Shown piece after piece: positions 46,248 to 55,007 of a stretch of DNA of 64,000 nucleotides. The first letter of the stretch is position 1. The number at the start of each line of letters is the position of its first letter. The DNA is from Verrucomicrobiia bacterium. Lineage in GTDB: Bacteria; Verrucomicrobiota; Verrucomicrobiia; Limisphaerales; JADLHS01. The translations under genes and the position numbers were made by a program. The stretch lies in assembly GCA_036274115.1 (NCBI GenBank), contig DASUGI010000100.1, forward strand, positions 41,953-105,952, given 5' to 3'. The notes beneath the pieces are model-generated. The model was given only the letters and a program-made list of their open reading frames with translations. It made no database searches and was not told the DNA's origin.

Positions 46248-47231
46248 GTGAGGTATCGCTGCCTGATCCTTGTGCTGACCGTTCTCCTGCTGGAGATGCC
46301 GGCGACGTTCACAAGTGCCGCCGCTTACACGGCGCGAATTCGAGACTCTCGCTATGTGCGACTGTCCGAATGGGCCAAGTGGCAGGGGCTGGCGGTGCAG
46401 TGGCTCAAACGCGGCGAATCGCTTCAATTGTCCAGGAGTGGCCTGCGCTTGCAGTTTACGGTGGATTCGCGTGAAGCCAGCATTAATGGTCTGCAACTCT
46501 GGCTCTTGCTGCCGCTGGCGGCTCGCGGCGGAGACGTTTATCTTTCCCAACTCGACATTGACGCCACGTTTAATCCGTTGCTATCGCCGCCTCGAAATGA
46601 GAAAGGCAAAAAGGTGCGCGTCATTTGCCTGGACGCAGGTCACGGCGGGAAAGACCCCGGCAACCACGCCAGCGGACATCACGAAAAGGATTACACACTG
46701 AAGCTTGCTCAGGAGCTGCGAGCCCAATTGGGCAAAGCCGGTTTTAAAGTGGTGATGACGCGCTCGGGTGATTCGTACCCGGAGTTGTCCGACCGTCCGG
46801 CGCGGGCGCGGCGAGGCGGAGCGGATGTGTTCTTGAGTTTGCATTTTAATGCCACGGAAAGCAGCCGTGCGACGGCGCGTGGCTCGGAGGTTTATGCCAT
46901 GACCCCGGTGGGCGCGGCTTCCACTAATGCGCGAGGAGAAGGGGCAAACGCCGGCGCGTTTCCGGGCAATCGCTGGGACGAGCAGAACATGCTGCTGGCA
47001 TATCAAATTCAAAAGGCGCTGCTGCGCCAACTCGGGAGCGAAGACCGTGGAGTGCGCCGGGCGCGCTTTGAGGTTTTGCGTGAAGCAACGATGCCGGCAG
47101 CTCTGATCGAAGCCGGATTTCTGTCGCACCCGACTGAAGGTAAGAAGATCTTTACGGCGGAGTATCGCCGGCAGATGGCTAAAGCTATTGTGGAAGGCGT
47201 GCAGGCCTACAAGAAGATTGTCGAGCGTTGA
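46248..47231 (+). CDS. N-acetylmuramoyl-L-alanine amidase (Amidase_3 / AmiC-like)
   Basis: Signal peptide, then VICLDAGHGGKDPG...KDYTL...ADVFLSLHFNA...EAGFLSHP. Confidence 0.88.
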   Translation: MRYRCLILVLTVLLLEMPATFTSAAAYTARIRDSRYVRLSEWAKWQGLAVQWLKRGESLQLSRSGLRLQFTVDSREASINGLQLWLLLPLAARGGDVYLSQLDIDATFNPLLSPPRNEKGKKVRVICLDAGHGGKDPGNHASGHHEKDYTLKLAQELRAQLGKAGFKVVMTRSGDSYPELSDRPARARRGGADVFLSLHFNATESSRATARGSEVYAMTPVGAASTNARGEGANAGAFPGNRWDEQNMLLAYQIQKALLRQLGSEDRGVRRARFEVLREATMPAALIEAGFLSHPTEGKKIFTAEYRRQMAKAIVEGVQAYKKIVER

Positions 47232-47251
47232 ATTGCAGTCGGACTGCTGAC

Positions 47252-47824
47252 ATGAGCATCGTAACGAAGCACGGCGACAAAGGCACGACGGCCTTGATGT
47301 ATGGCCGGCGCGTTAGCAAGTGTCATCCGCGTGTCGAAGCCTACGGTTGCGTGGATGAGCTGAACACGGCGCTTGGCTTGGCGCGGGCTGCAACGGACCA
47401 GGAATTCGTCCGAGCCAATCTGCTCGCGATCCAACAGGATCTGGTGACGCTCATGGGCGAACTCGCGACGGCGGTTGAAGATTTGCCGCGCTATGTGAAG
47501 GACGGCTATACGCTGGTGACATCGCACATGACGCACCAGCTGGATGCGCTGGTGAAGGAGATCGAGGCACAGAGCATCTCCTTCAAAGGCTGGGCAACAC
47601 CGGGCTCGTGTTTGAATTCGGCTGCTCTGGATATGGCGCGCACCGTGTGTCGCCGGGCTGAGCGCCGGGTTTGCGCGTTGCAAGAAGCGGATCAGCTTCA
47701 GAACTCCGAGATCATCATCTACCTGAACCGGCTCGCGGATTTGTTGTGGCTGATGGCGCGTTGGGTGGAGACGCATGGGAAAAGCGCCGGCTCGAAATCC
47801 GAACAGGAGAAACCAGCCTCTTGA
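47252..47824 (+). CDS. PduO-type ATP:cob(I)alamin adenosyltransferase
   Basis: TKHGDKGTTALMYGRRVSK...RVEAYGCVDELN...YLNRLADLLW. Confidence 0.88.
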   Translation: MSIVTKHGDKGTTALMYGRRVSKCHPRVEAYGCVDELNTALGLARAATDQEFVRANLLAIQQDLVTLMGELATAVEDLPRYVKDGYTLVTSHMTHQLDALVKEIEAQSISFKGWATPGSCLNSAALDMARTVCRRAERRVCALQEADQLQNSEIIIYLNRLADLLWLMARWVETHGKSAGSKSEQEKPAS

Positions 47825-47843
47825 ACAGCACTCGCTGCGTGAG

Positions 47844-47982
47844 CAATGGCCAATGGCCAATGGCCAATGGCTGATGGCAAATGGCAAATGGCCAATGGCT
47901 GATGGCAAATCAGTTTCCGTTGCGGAGGTTCTGGTCTTTCATGGCATGGTCGTTTGCCATCTGGCATTTGCCATTTGCCATC
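47844..47982. repeat. AATGGCN heptamer array (9.5 units) folding onto a reverse-oriented TTTGCCA segment
   Basis: CAATGGC x4, TGATGGC, AAATGGC x2, CAATGGC, TGATGGC (47844-47910), a loop, then GTTTGCCATCTGGCATTTGCCATTTGCCAT (47952-47981). It sits between two convergent stop codons. Confidence 0.75.
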
Positions 47983-47984
47983 CT

Positions 47985-48518
47985 TCACTCCTCCGGTTCG
48001 CCCCGCGCGGCGCGGGCTTCGGCGGAGTTGTATAACGGATGTGTTGGTTTTAGTTGGCGGAGGAAGTTCAACCGAAAATCTTTTGCCTTCTGCGCGACGG
48101 CGCGGGAGGCGCGTTCTTTTTCCGGCAAATGGCGTCGGCCCTCGAATGGCAGCTTCTCAATTGAGCCGGACCAGCCCGTGAGTTGTCGGGCGCAGGACTC
48201 TGCCAAGGCGCGGATTTGTTGCAACTGCCGGACAATCGACTTGAGTTTCGGCCGGTCCTGCACCACGGCCATCATCGAACGCACCTCTCCGGATGAGCCG
48301 CGCGCAATGGCGATGAACGCCTGCAACTCATTCGTGGTGGAACGCTCAAATCCTTCGGCAACGTTGTTCGACACCGACAGCGCGGCACGATCCAGTTGAT
48401 TTCGGAAGCCAGGCGTGAGCGGGACGCCGGGTTCTTCGAGAAGATCGAGCACGGTGTTGTAGAGCCGCTTGGCTTCCTGCCAGAGGGGTAGCTCTTCGAA
48501 GTGTTGGTACTTGGCCAT
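47985..48518 (-). CDS. Four-helix-bundle protein (23S rRNA intervening-sequence / Avd-like family) with extended C-terminus
   Basis: HFEELPLWQEAKRL...QLDRAALSVSNNVAEGFER...FIAIARGSSGEVRS is the family signature. 177 aa. Confidence 0.85.
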   Translation of the reverse strand: MAKYQHFEELPLWQEAKRLYNTVLDLLEEPGVPLTPGFRNQLDRAALSVSNNVAEGFERSTTNELQAFIAIARGSSGEVRSMMAVVQDRPKLKSIVRQLQQIRALAESCARQLTGWSGSIEKLPFEGRRHLPEKERASRAVAQKAKDFRLNFLRQLKPTHPLYNSAEARAARGEPEE

Positions 48519-48563
48519 GATGATTTCCTTTCAGGTTGGAGTTGGCTGCGTTTAGCCATGGCA

Positions 48564-48697
48564 AATATCCGATGGCAAATGGCAAAGGCTTCGCGATGGC
48601 AGATAGCTTGATGGCACATGGCAAATCAATTCACAATTCGCACGATCTGCCATTTGCCATTTGTCATTTGTCATTGGCTATTTCCCATCAGGTTTCC
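48564..48697. repeat. ATGGCAA / TTGCCAT heptamer-based hairpin upstream of the four-helix-bundle gene
   Basis: GCCATGGCAAATATCCGATGGCAAATGGCAAAG...GATGGCACATGGCAAAT faces CTGCCATTTGCCATTTGTCATTTGTCATTGGC. Confidence 0.7.
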
Positions 48698-48850
48698 CCC
48701 AAGTTCCCTTACTCGGTCTACGACCACCGGCTGCGGCGACTGCGAGGGGGCCGTCCGATCCGGAAGGGATGGGATTCAACTTTGTTGATGCCGCCTTGGC
48801 TGGTGCGGTTGACTTGCCGGAAAGGTGGTTCGTGGGGTGATGCCGGCGGG

Positions 48851-50269
48851 TCAATTTCTGCCGCAGCATTTTTTGTATTTCTTGCCACTTCCGCAGGGAC
48901 ACGGTTCGTTGCGGCCAATCTTGGGTGGGGCAATGTAAGGTTCGGGCGGCAGGTCAAACACGTTACCCGGATCGTCGAGCCTCAAGTCGGGCGCATCGTC
49001 CTCACCCCACGGATCGAAGCCCGCGTCTTTGTCGCGGAAGCACAGCCAGGCGGAGCATTCAGCGATGGCGTCGATGGGCGCATTGCGTTCCATGAACAGT
49101 TTGGAGTGCGTTTCACCCGCCGGGAGGGGAAGGTGACCAACGGCAGGCGATTCCAATTCATCAAGCGACTCCGGGCCGATAATGCTCTCATCGGCCAACT
49201 GTTCGCCCAGCACAAGCCGCGCTTCCGGAAGCAATTCGCGGGCTTCAAAGTCGCAGACAACGGAAACCAGCGCGGCCCAGAGATAAGGGTCACCCGGGCG
49301 CGGCAAGGTGTGGAACAGCTGGCGCAGGTCGGCAACGACGGCCTCACGCGGGCGTTCGCCCCAAAGATGTTGGACGAGCAACGCGTCAATGGCCTGGCCG
49401 CGCACAAATTCGTTGACCGCTTCGTCATGGATCAGGCGAAGCAGCGGGGCGGGATCGCCGCCGCAGACCGAGGCGATGACGGCGGCACCGTTTTCGGTGA
49501 CCATGTCGCCTGTGAGATCAAGTGCGGCATCACCCGGCAGGGAGAAGAAGCGCAGGAACGCATCCAAAGCGCGGGTTTCCCGGAATTGCGCAAGGAGGTA
49601 AATGGCGAACAGATGCAGATTATCGTGCTGGCGCCGGAGGTAGTCGTCGGGCGCGTCGGTGGCCCGGTCAATGGCGGCGATCAGTTCAGGCGTGATGGCT
49701 TCGCGTTGCTCAATGGCGGCGTGGAGCGCGTTTCGGTATGGGGCGAAATCGCCGTGGTCAGGAACGTGTTGGAGTTGGCGGAGAATGTCGGCGATGGTCA
49801 TTTTCGGAATGGCTGTGGCAGGCGGCGTGGGTGTTTCCATTGGGCGGCGTTTGAGCAGGTCTTGCTTGAACATCTGATAGTGAAGGGCCAGGCGGGCGAC
49901 GTAGGCTGGGTCGGTGATCATTGCCTTTTGGAAATGGTCCAACAGATAATCGGCGTATTGGGATTGAGGTTGAAACGGGTCGAGGCAGGCGCTGGCAAGG
50001 TCGCGTCCGGCCTGGGCGTCGCCGTGCATCCAGCGGGTGTAGAACTCCGCGCTTTCCCAGCCGTAATTGATCGTGGCTAGAACCGTATGGGGTGCGTTGG
50101 CGCGCGTGACGCAGAGCAGCACCCGACGGCAATCGCAACCCGGTTCGTTACAGTAATGTTCCAAGTAGCCGTATTCACCCACTGGCAGTTTCCCGCCGGG
50201 GTCGAGGACGCGGAGGCAGCGGGTTTCGCTGGCGGCCAATTCGGGAAAGCGCGAGTGGAAGGGGATCAT
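48851..50269 (-). CDS. DUF1186-like protein with C-terminal SEC-C metal-binding motif
   Basis: C-terminus [19 protein letters not shown]. An N-terminal Cys cluster [10 protein letters not shown]. The middle region resembles what I recall as DUF1186. Confidence 0.7.
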   Translation of the reverse strand: MIPFHSRFPELAASETRCLRVLDPGGKLPVGEYGYLEHYCNEPGCDCRRVLLCVTRANAPHTVLATINYGWESAEFYTRWMHGDAQAGRDLASACLDPFQPQSQYADYLLDHFQKAMITDPAYVARLALHYQMFKQDLLKRRPMETPTPPATAIPKMTIADILRQLQHVPDHGDFAPYRNALHAAIEQREAITPELIAAIDRATDAPDDYLRRQHDNLHLFAIYLLAQFRETRALDAFLRFFSLPGDAALDLTGDMVTENGAAVIASVCGGDPAPLLRLIHDEAVNEFVRGQAIDALLVQHLWGERPREAVVADLRQLFHTLPRPGDPYLWAALVSVVCDFEARELLPEARLVLGEQLADESIIGPESLDELESPAVGHLPLPAGETHSKLFMERNAPIDAIAECSAWLCFRDKDAGFDPWGEDDAPDLRLDDPGNVFDLPPEPYIAPPKIGRNEPCPCGSGKKYKKCCGRN

Positions 50270-50473
50270 GTTTGGCTTATTTGCGGGCGGTGGGGGAGGG
50301 AGACGGGTAGAACGGGATGCTGAGCAGTTGCGGCGGCTCCGACCGCTTTGTGGGTGATTGATGCGGTTCGTTTCCGGGCAGGCATGGAATCAGGAATGTT
50401 GTGCCTTCAGGAAGGCGGCCGCCATGCAGGAACGCCTCCGGTTGATAGTGGATGGTTGAGTGTTGGGTGTGGG

Positions 50474-52291
50474 TTAAGAGCGCCATGGAGGTATTCCTAA
50501 TTGTCGGCGGCGGGTCAGGATGGCGTTTTTGGGTCGCCCAAATCGAGTTGCCAGTTCACGGTCGGGCGCGGTTCCAAGGAGCCGCTCTTCGGCAACTGTC
50601 CAAGGGTGCGCACGGCTGCCATCTTCAAAGAGTCCCATGCCCATTCTCCGATGTGTAATGGCCTTGAGTGTGCGTCCGCTGGCGCATGCAGCGTCCGCTG
50701 GCGAGAGCGTACGGACCAACTCGTCTTCTTGCGGTGTCCACGGGCGATTGCGTGGCTTAAAGCAGGCGATGCCCAGGCCGCAACGGGTATTCTTGACCGA
50801 GAGGATCGGATGACCAGTGCGTTTGGCGACTTCGGCGTCGGGCAACTTGCCGAGTAACGCTTTTTCTTCTGCCGTCCAGGGTTTCCAAACCGGATTGCAG
50901 GGCGGGCGACCCAACTCGGTGCGATGGGCTCGGACCGCGGCGACCGTGCGCCCGATCCGGGCCGCGAGTTCTCGATCAGGCATGGTGCCGACCAAGGCAT
51001 TTTCTTCCACCGTCCAGGCGGTTGCCGCCGGCGAGCGCAGTTTTTGTTTAATCCGGCGCCGGTTGCGAACGGATGACACGGAACGCCCAAGAATCACCGC
51101 CAGTTCGGGATCCGGCTTCGTGCCCAGGAGGCAGTCTTCCGCAGGTGACCAGGCTCGTGACGGTTTGCCGCCAAAGCGTGGAATGCGGAGCTTCTCTCGG
51201 CGCACTTTGACAGCGTTCATGGTTCGCCCCATCAGCAATGCGACCTGATCGTCCGGGCGCGTGCCGAGAATCTTGTCGTCTTCGGGGCGCCACGGTTTGA
51301 GCCTGGGATTGCAGGGTGGGATGCCTTGGTTCAACCGGCGCACGGCGACCGCTTCGTAACTTCGCTTGAGCCGCCGGGCAAGTTTCTTGTCGGACAGGGT
51401 GCCAAGCAGGGCATCTTCGTCCGGCGTCCACGGGCGGACTTTTGGTGCGAACATGGGAACGCCGAGTTGGCAGCGGCGGGTGCGCACGGAACTCAACGGG
51501 CGTTGGAGAAGCCCCGCGATTTCCTCATCGGACCGTGAGCCCATAAGTTTGTCTTCGTCGGGGGTGTAGGGCCGGTTTTTCCGCCCGAACTTGGGAATGT
51601 GCAAATCTTTCCGGCGCACTCGCACGGCGAGGACGGTGCGGCTCAACTGCCGCGCGATTTCCTCGTCGGGTGCGGTGCCGAGGAGTTTGTCTTCCGCGTC
51701 GGTCCAACTGTTTGCAGGCCTGGCTCGCGGCGGAGCGGGAATGCCGAGCTTGAGGCGACGCAGGCGAACCGTGGATGCGTTGCGGCCAATGATCCGGGCG
51801 ATGACCGAATCTGACTGCGAGCCGAGCGACTTGTCTTCCTCCGGCAGCCAGGGTTTGTATTTCCGGACGCCGACGGGAATGCCGAGTTTACCGCGATGCA
51901 CTTTCACCGACTCCAACGTGCGCTTGAACCGGCGCGCGAGTTCTTCATCGGGATATTCGCCGAGAGCCCGGTCCTCTCTGGCCGTCCAAGCCCGGAATTT
52001 CGGGCGCGGTTTGAATGGCTGAATGCGCAACGCGACTCGCTGTCTACGCACCTCGTTGCGATCACGACCCAGGCGACGTGCCACTTCCATGTCTGAGAGG
52101 TTTCCCAGCAGATTAATTTCCCGCGCGGTCCAGCGACGCCGCGGTGTGCGTAGCCCGATGCGGCGGCGTTCGCGTTCGGCCACGACTTCTTTGATGGTGC
52201 GTCCGGTGCGGCGGGCAAGGACGGAGTCGGGCGTGCGACCCAGTTGTTTCAGCTCGGCCAATGTCCAAGGCGTTGTCTTTTTGGCTGGCAT
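50474..52291 (-). CDS. Protein made of 13 tandem SANT/Myb-like repeats
   Basis: Units of 45-49 aa with consensus W(T)PEED.LLGT.PD.EIARRLGRT..AV..RR..LGIP. Start set to the ATG at 52291 (MPAKKTTPW), by analogy with the upstream paralog. Confidence 0.7.
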   Translation of the reverse strand: MPAKKTTPWTLAELKQLGRTPDSVLARRTGRTIKEVVAERERRRIGLRTPRRRWTAREINLLGNLSDMEVARRLGRDRNEVRRQRVALRIQPFKPRPKFRAWTAREDRALGEYPDEELARRFKRTLESVKVHRGKLGIPVGVRKYKPWLPEEDKSLGSQSDSVIARIIGRNASTVRLRRLKLGIPAPPRARPANSWTDAEDKLLGTAPDEEIARQLSRTVLAVRVRRKDLHIPKFGRKNRPYTPDEDKLMGSRSDEEIAGLLQRPLSSVRTRRCQLGVPMFAPKVRPWTPDEDALLGTLSDKKLARRLKRSYEAVAVRRLNQGIPPCNPRLKPWRPEDDKILGTRPDDQVALLMGRTMNAVKVRREKLRIPRFGGKPSRAWSPAEDCLLGTKPDPELAVILGRSVSSVRNRRRIKQKLRSPAATAWTVEENALVGTMPDRELAARIGRTVAAVRAHRTELGRPPCNPVWKPWTAEEKALLGKLPDAEVAKRTGHPILSVKNTRCGLGIACFKPRNRPWTPQEDELVRTLSPADAACASGRTLKAITHRRMGMGLFEDGSRAHPWTVAEERLLGTAPDRELATRFGRPKNAILTRRRQLGIPPWRS

Positions 52292-52311
52292 GGATCGGGA
52301 GAGCCGTGCGT

Positions 52312-53739
52312 TCAGGAGTCCGGTCGCCATGCCGGAATGCCCCGTAGCTTGCGCTGACTTTTGACGGACCCGATGGTGCGGTTGAGGCGGCGGGCGATTT
52401 CTGCGTCAGACGCGGTGCCGAGCAGTTGCTCCTGCTCCGGCGTCCAGTATTTGCGGAGGGCGTTGGGTTTGGGCAATCCCAAGGCGGCACGCTTGCCCGA
52501 GATGGTGCCGAGCGGGCGGCCAGTTTTTTGCGCGATGTCTTCGTCGGGGATTTTTCCAAGGAGCGCAAATTCTTCCGGAGTCCAGGGACGGAATTGGTTG
52601 TGCGGATTGGGGATGCCCAACCGCGTGCGATGGAGTTGAACCGCTGTCTCAGTGCGACCGAGACGGCGGGCAATGTCCTGGTCCGACGCCGTTCCGAGCA
52701 GCTTGATTTCTTTGGGCGTCCAGGCGTTGGGCCGCGGGCTGCGGGGATTGACCGAACGGATATGGAGTTTGCGGCGACGCTGTTCCACGCTGGTGAGGCG
52801 GCAACCGATTTTTGCGGCAACGTCACGATCCGGCATCGTGCCGAGAAGTTTGTCGTGTTTGGGACTCCAGCGGTAAATCTTTGCGTCGGGCATGGGCAGA
52901 CCGAGCGCGACACGCCTGGCTTGCACGCCGTGGACCGAGTGGCCTGTGCGCGCGGCGACTGCTTCATCGCGCAGCTTGCCGACCAGCTGGAGTTCGGAGG
53001 GTTTCCAGAATTTGAAATGCGTGACGCGGAAAGGCGAGATGCCCAAGAGCAAACGTTCGCGGCGCACGTCGGATCGCGAACGTCCAAGGCGGCGTGCGAT
53101 TTCGCAGTCCGGGAGGACGCGAAGGAGTTTGCGCTGGGCGTCCGTCCACGGTCCACCGCGGCGCGGGCGCGGCGCGGGAGGGATGCCGAGTTTGAGTCGC
53201 TTCATGAACACGGCTGCGGGAGAGCGATGAAGGCGCCGGGCAACTTCGTGATCGGAGTGGCGGCCGAGGAGTTTGACTTGAGCCTGCGTCCACCGAGGGA
53301 TGCGTGGGCAATTGGGGATGCCGAGATGCCGCCGCTGGCTCGTAACGGATTGGACGGTGCGATTGAGTCGCCGCGCAATCTCCTGATCGGGTGCCGTGCC
53401 AAGCAGGCGAATGTCAGCGAGTTTCCACTTTCGTATTTTGTGTTGAAGGAAGGGTGGGATGCCCAGTTCGACTCGCTGATTGCGAACGGAGTTTTTGGAG
53501 CGCCTGAATCGCCTCGCGAGTTCCAAATCGGAGAAGCGGCCCAGCAGTCTGATTTCGCCCGCCGTCCAGCGACGTGGCGGCATGCGCATTCCGATGCGCC
53601 GGCGTTCACGCTCGGCGACGACTTCTTTGATGGTGCGTCCGGTTCGGCGCGCCAGAATGGAGTCGGGTGTTCTGCCGAGCTGTTTCAGCTCGGCAATCGT
53701 CCACGGGGCATCACGGCGGGCTTTCGTTCGGGCGGGCAT
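52312..53739 (-). CDS. Protein made of 10 tandem SANT/Myb-like repeats (paralog)
   Basis: Same unit consensus. The first ~60 aa are nearly identical to the downstream paralog (PWT.AELKQLGRTPDS.LARRTGRTIKEVVAERERRRIG). Confidence 0.7.
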   Translation of the reverse strand: MPARTKARRDAPWTIAELKQLGRTPDSILARRTGRTIKEVVAERERRRIGMRMPPRRWTAGEIRLLGRFSDLELARRFRRSKNSVRNQRVELGIPPFLQHKIRKWKLADIRLLGTAPDQEIARRLNRTVQSVTSQRRHLGIPNCPRIPRWTQAQVKLLGRHSDHEVARRLHRSPAAVFMKRLKLGIPPAPRPRRGGPWTDAQRKLLRVLPDCEIARRLGRSRSDVRRERLLLGISPFRVTHFKFWKPSELQLVGKLRDEAVAARTGHSVHGVQARRVALGLPMPDAKIYRWSPKHDKLLGTMPDRDVAAKIGCRLTSVEQRRRKLHIRSVNPRSPRPNAWTPKEIKLLGTASDQDIARRLGRTETAVQLHRTRLGIPNPHNQFRPWTPEEFALLGKIPDEDIAQKTGRPLGTISGKRAALGLPKPNALRKYWTPEQEQLLGTASDAEIARRLNRTIGSVKSQRKLRGIPAWRPDS

Positions 53740-53983
53740 GGATCAGATCAATTCAGAAGTCACAGTGGTGGCGAGGAAGTGGGGCGCGAACCAAACGAGA
53801 CGATAATTGACAAAAGTCGGGGAGCAAGTGGTCGTCCATTGCCGATACGGCTTTTGCGAGTCGCGGTCATGGTCCCGGAGGAGTGGCTGACTTGGGACTG
53901 AATAGCGGATAAGTCTCCGGGTTACAACCCATTAAATTACGAATCCGTCCAACCTGAATGTGGAGAACGGGGGCGGACAAATT

Positions 53984-54180
53984 TCTCGACACCTCACTGG
54001 GCGCGGAACGGTGGTTTAGTGCGCCGCACCTCATCCGGCCTGCGGCCACCTTCTCCCCGGCGCGGAGAAGGAACTGCTCCCTTTCGAGGCGGAAAGGGCA
54101 TAAACCAGACGGTGGGGAATAAGCTCTCGACACCTCACCCAACCCTCTCCCCGAGCGAGGCGGAGAGGGTATAAACCAGG
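53984..54180. repeat. Tandem composite REP elements (TCTCGACACCTCAC ... hairpin ... ATAAACCAG)
   Basis: Two units start at 53984 and 54125. Hairpins: CCTTCTCC..GGAGAAGG (54048-54072), CCCTTTC..GAAAGGG (54079-54098) and CCCTCTCC..GGAGAGGG (54143-54169). The second unit overlaps the 3' end of the ribD-C-like CDS. Confidence 0.65.
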
Positions 54181-55007
54181 AACATTTCGTCGCCGATGCG
54201 TTTGGCGGATTTCAATTTGAACTGAGCGGCGTCGGCGAGTTTTGCAAAGCCGGTTCCGTCCGCCAGCGTTGGAGCGTTGCGGCCACCGAAGATTTTGGGA
54301 CTGATGGTGAGGTGAAGTTCATTCAGCAAACCGGCGCGAATGATGGCGTCGTGCAGTTCGCCACCGCCTTCGCAGAGCAGGCGTTTTACCTTCCACTCTT
54401 GGCGCAACCAACGAAATGCCGTGCGGAAGTTGATTTCTTTGCGTCCGCAGATTTTCACGATGGCGCCGAGTTGTTCGAGCCGTTGGCGGGTTTTGGCAGA
54501 AGCGCGGGCAGTGGTGAGAACGATTATTTGGGATGCATTCCCGCTGGCCTGACCCCTCACCCCGGCCCTCTCTTTGAACCGGAGCGCCCCCTCACCCCGG
54601 CCCTCTCCCCCGGTGGGGGAGAGGGTGGCCGGCCGGTATTTGAAAATCCTGGCGTTGGGATCAATTGAACCTGAGCCGCTGACAATGATGCGCAGGTTGA
54701 ATTCGGACAGCCCACGGGCAATCCGCTGACGCCGGTATTTTGCGCCACCCGGTCCAAGCGTGGCGGAACTTAAATCCACGGTTCGCGCGCCGGACATTAC
54801 GGCATCGGCCGTGGCGCGCAGTTCCAGCAGGTGTTCCTGGTCGCGCTTGCCGGCGAACGGAACGAACTGGCGATTGGCGAAAGCGATCTTTCCATCCGCG
54901 GTGATGGCGAAGTTGGAAAAGACGAAGGGCAACTGGTCAAAGCGCGGAGTGCGGAGCGCGGAACGCGGAACGTGTCGGCGAGTGAGCCGCTTTGCTGATC
55001 GCTTCAT
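54135..55007 (-). CDS. RibD C-terminal-domain (DHFR-like) reductase family protein carrying an in-frame repeat insertion
   Basis: FSNFAITADGKIAF...ADAVMSGARTV...LLCEGGGELH..LL..GLLNELHLTI.PKIFGG. The ATG overlaps the queA stop (ATGA). Confidence 0.75.
   Translation of the reverse strand: MKRSAKRLTRRHVPRSALRTPRFDQLPFVFSNFAITADGKIAFANRQFVPFAGKRDQEHLLELRATADAVMSGARTVDLSSATLGPGGAKYRRQRIARGLSEFNLRIIVSGSGSIDPNARIFKYRPATLSPTGGEGRGEGALRFKERAGVRGQASGNASQIIVLTTARASAKTRQRLEQLGAIVKICGRKEINFRTAFRWLRQEWKVKRLLCEGGGELHDAIIRAGLLNELHLTISPKIFGGRNAPTLADGTGFAKLADAAQFKLKSAKRIGDEMFLVYTLSASLGERVG
54553..54633. repeat. REP element (CCTCACCCCGGCCCTCTC x2 plus hairpin CCCTCTCCCCC-GGT-GGGGGAGAGGG) inside the reductase CDS
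   Basis: Read directly. The minus strand translates in-frame as ...RPATLSPTGGEGRGEGALRFKERAGVRGQ.... Confidence 0.7.

Noticed and set aside
44644-46251. 535-aa plus-strand ORF antisense to sucC
   Set aside because: The opposite strand is a canonical SucC. This is an antisense artefact.
47252-47824. B12-dependent (PDU-type) chemistry for the BMC, because a PduO-type adenosyltransferase is present
   Set aside because: The gene lies 8 kb from the BMC operon, next to an amidase. The operon lacks diol/glycerol dehydratase and reactivase genes, and its signature enzyme is a class II aldolase.
47985-48518. True 23S rRNA intervening sequence
   Set aside because: No rRNA-like sequence flanks either four-helix-bundle gene. 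Both sit among protein-coding genes.
48536-50080. 514-aa plus-strand ORF antisense to the SEC-C/DUF1186 gene
   Set aside because: Its N-terminus is a translation of the ATGGCAA heptamer repeats (MANGKG...). The minus-strand product ends in a textbook SEC-C motif.
52426-53901. 491-aa plus-strand ORF (and several shorter ones) across the Myb-repeat genes
   Set aside because: The plus-strand translations show no conserved repeat logic. The minus strand gives 23 units with an invariant Trp, acidic patch and basic helix at fixed spacing. Strand choice still deserves experimental confirmation.
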